From Oikopleura dioica (taxonomy: Eukaryota > Animalia > Chordata): a stretch of DNA of 64,000 bases. The translations under genes were made by a program, and so were the position numbers. Positions 62,901 to 64,000 of the stretch are shown in pieces; positions within the stretch are counted from its first letter, which is position 1, and every line of letters begins with the position of its first letter. The DNA is taken from the NCBI GenBank assembly GCA_907165135.1, contig OU015567.1, positions 11,904,001 to 11,968,000 on the forward strand, in the 5' to 3' direction. Below the pieces are notes generated by a model, which saw only the letters and a program-made list of their open reading frames with translations, made no database searches and was not told the DNA's origin.

Positions 62901-64000
62901 TTGCTGGAATCTGCCAGATACCGTTGTTCTGATCACATCGTGCTTCCCATCGTCCGTTAGCGGGTCTAAATATTTTTACCACAAAAAAAAACAAAGAAAA
63001 GTGTTACCTGTAACCAGGGTTGCATCGAAGATTACATCTGAGGAGGCCATAATGGACATTACCGTAGCCAGCGTATTGATCTTCATCGCAGATGTAGTAA
63101 CCATAGTTGACCTGAGGTCGGTAACAGTATTTGTTTGCTGGGGGCTGTTTGTTGCAGAATGCAGCGGGTGGCTGAAGCCATTGCCCAGTAGGAACTCGGC
63201 AGACAGCAATGTACGAGCCGGAGAATGCATATCCATTATCGCAGTTTGCGAGGCAGACGTAGTTCTGTGGCTTGCCGTAGTTGTAAGAGCGGCTCATTTG
63301 CTTCTTGGAAAGCTTAGTATGTTTGTTTTCGAGCTGATCGCCAATGACTTGAACTTCATCGCTGTAATAATCAGCACCACTGATTTCTCGTCGTCTTCGG
63401 CCAATCTTTTTAGCTCCCTTTCGAGGTGGTGCTGGATCAGTCTTGATAGAATCCCAGTCCTCAGTTCGTGTTGTTGAAGATGGGTAAGGGGCATCATAAT
63501 CTTGGAGATAGCACTTCCACTGTCCATATGGAATGGGGGCAGGCTCTTTGCAATATTCTGGGTATGATGGAAGAGTCTTCACCTTGCAGCCGATCGGTTG
63601 AGGAGTAAAAGCACCAGAAGCATAGTTGCACTGGTAAGTTGTTCGATAAGGATCTCGTGGGACGAATCCGTCATAGCAATGAAGCGTGCATGAGGTTGTG
63701 TAAGCAGTCCCTTGTTTCTTGTAACCGCAACTGAGGTAACCACCGTTCACATACTTCTGATTACACATGGGGTTGTAGTGAGATTTAGAGCAGTGAGTTG
63801 GTGGACTGAGCCACTTTCCGGATGTCTCATCGCACTTAGCAACCCATCGTCCATTTTGCGGGGTGTAGCCAGGTGAGCAGTTCAAGTCACAAACTAAATG
63901 GCTAGAACTGTATCGACCCATAACAGCATTTGGTTCGGACCATGTGCTTCCAAAGTCCCCTTGATCATCGTGAGCGTCACTTACAAGCTCAGTTGTCTCT
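59972..64000 (-). CDS. Large, probably secreted protein with about 11 six-Cys Sushi/CCP-like modules, acidic and Lys-rich linkers; 5' end outside the window
   Basis: Repeated C-x(8-14,NG)-C-[loop]-C-x3-C-x2-G[YF]...C...W...C modules across ORFs 63004-63921, 62377-62994, 61932-62159, 61643-61891, 61208-61636, 60367-61218, 60150-60430; last exon ends KQNKKKKTKG* at 59972; AATAAA at ~59822-59827. The frame stays open at 64000. Confidence 0.85.

Noticed and set aside
1-64000. SL RNA, 5S, tRNA, snRNA genes or LTR/LINE coding remnants
   Set aside because: None recognised by eye; an Infernal/tRNAscan and RepeatMasker run would be needed to exclude them.

Overview
Gene-dense, AT-rich eukaryotic genomic DNA. 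Very short introns (mostly 38-90 nt), some GA-AG and GC-AG introns, AG acceptors just before start codons, and closely spaced same-strand genes point to the larvacean tunicate Oikopleura (inferred, not database-confirmed). Recognisable genes in order: agrin (-), EFHC1/RIB72 (+), an 88-aa PHACTR-type PP1-binding microprotein (-), M14A carboxypeptidase (-), TRAF7 (-), C2H2 zinc-finger protein (+), AUH (+), zinc-knuckle/RS protein (+), orphan (+), RNF115/126-like RING-H2 (+), MBTD1/L3MBTL2-like 4xMBT gene (+) with a nested antisense AKAP-like mini-gene, VPS13A/C-type (+, one apparent 1-nt frameshift), membrane-anchored 2OG-Fe(II) dioxygenase-like gene (-), orphan (+), MLCK-like kinase (-), two small ORFs, a Sema-PSI-Ig-TM semaphorin (-) and the 3' part of a large multi-Sushi protein with convertase-site loops (-, runs off the window). 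Non-coding features: a non-autonomous hAT element with a perfect 8-bp TSD, a TTAA-flanked MITE, two foldback elements and a 30-bp minisatellite. No rRNA, tRNA, CRISPR or autonomous transposon was seen. Gene models were spliced and translated by hand; homology calls rest on motif recall, not on searches.
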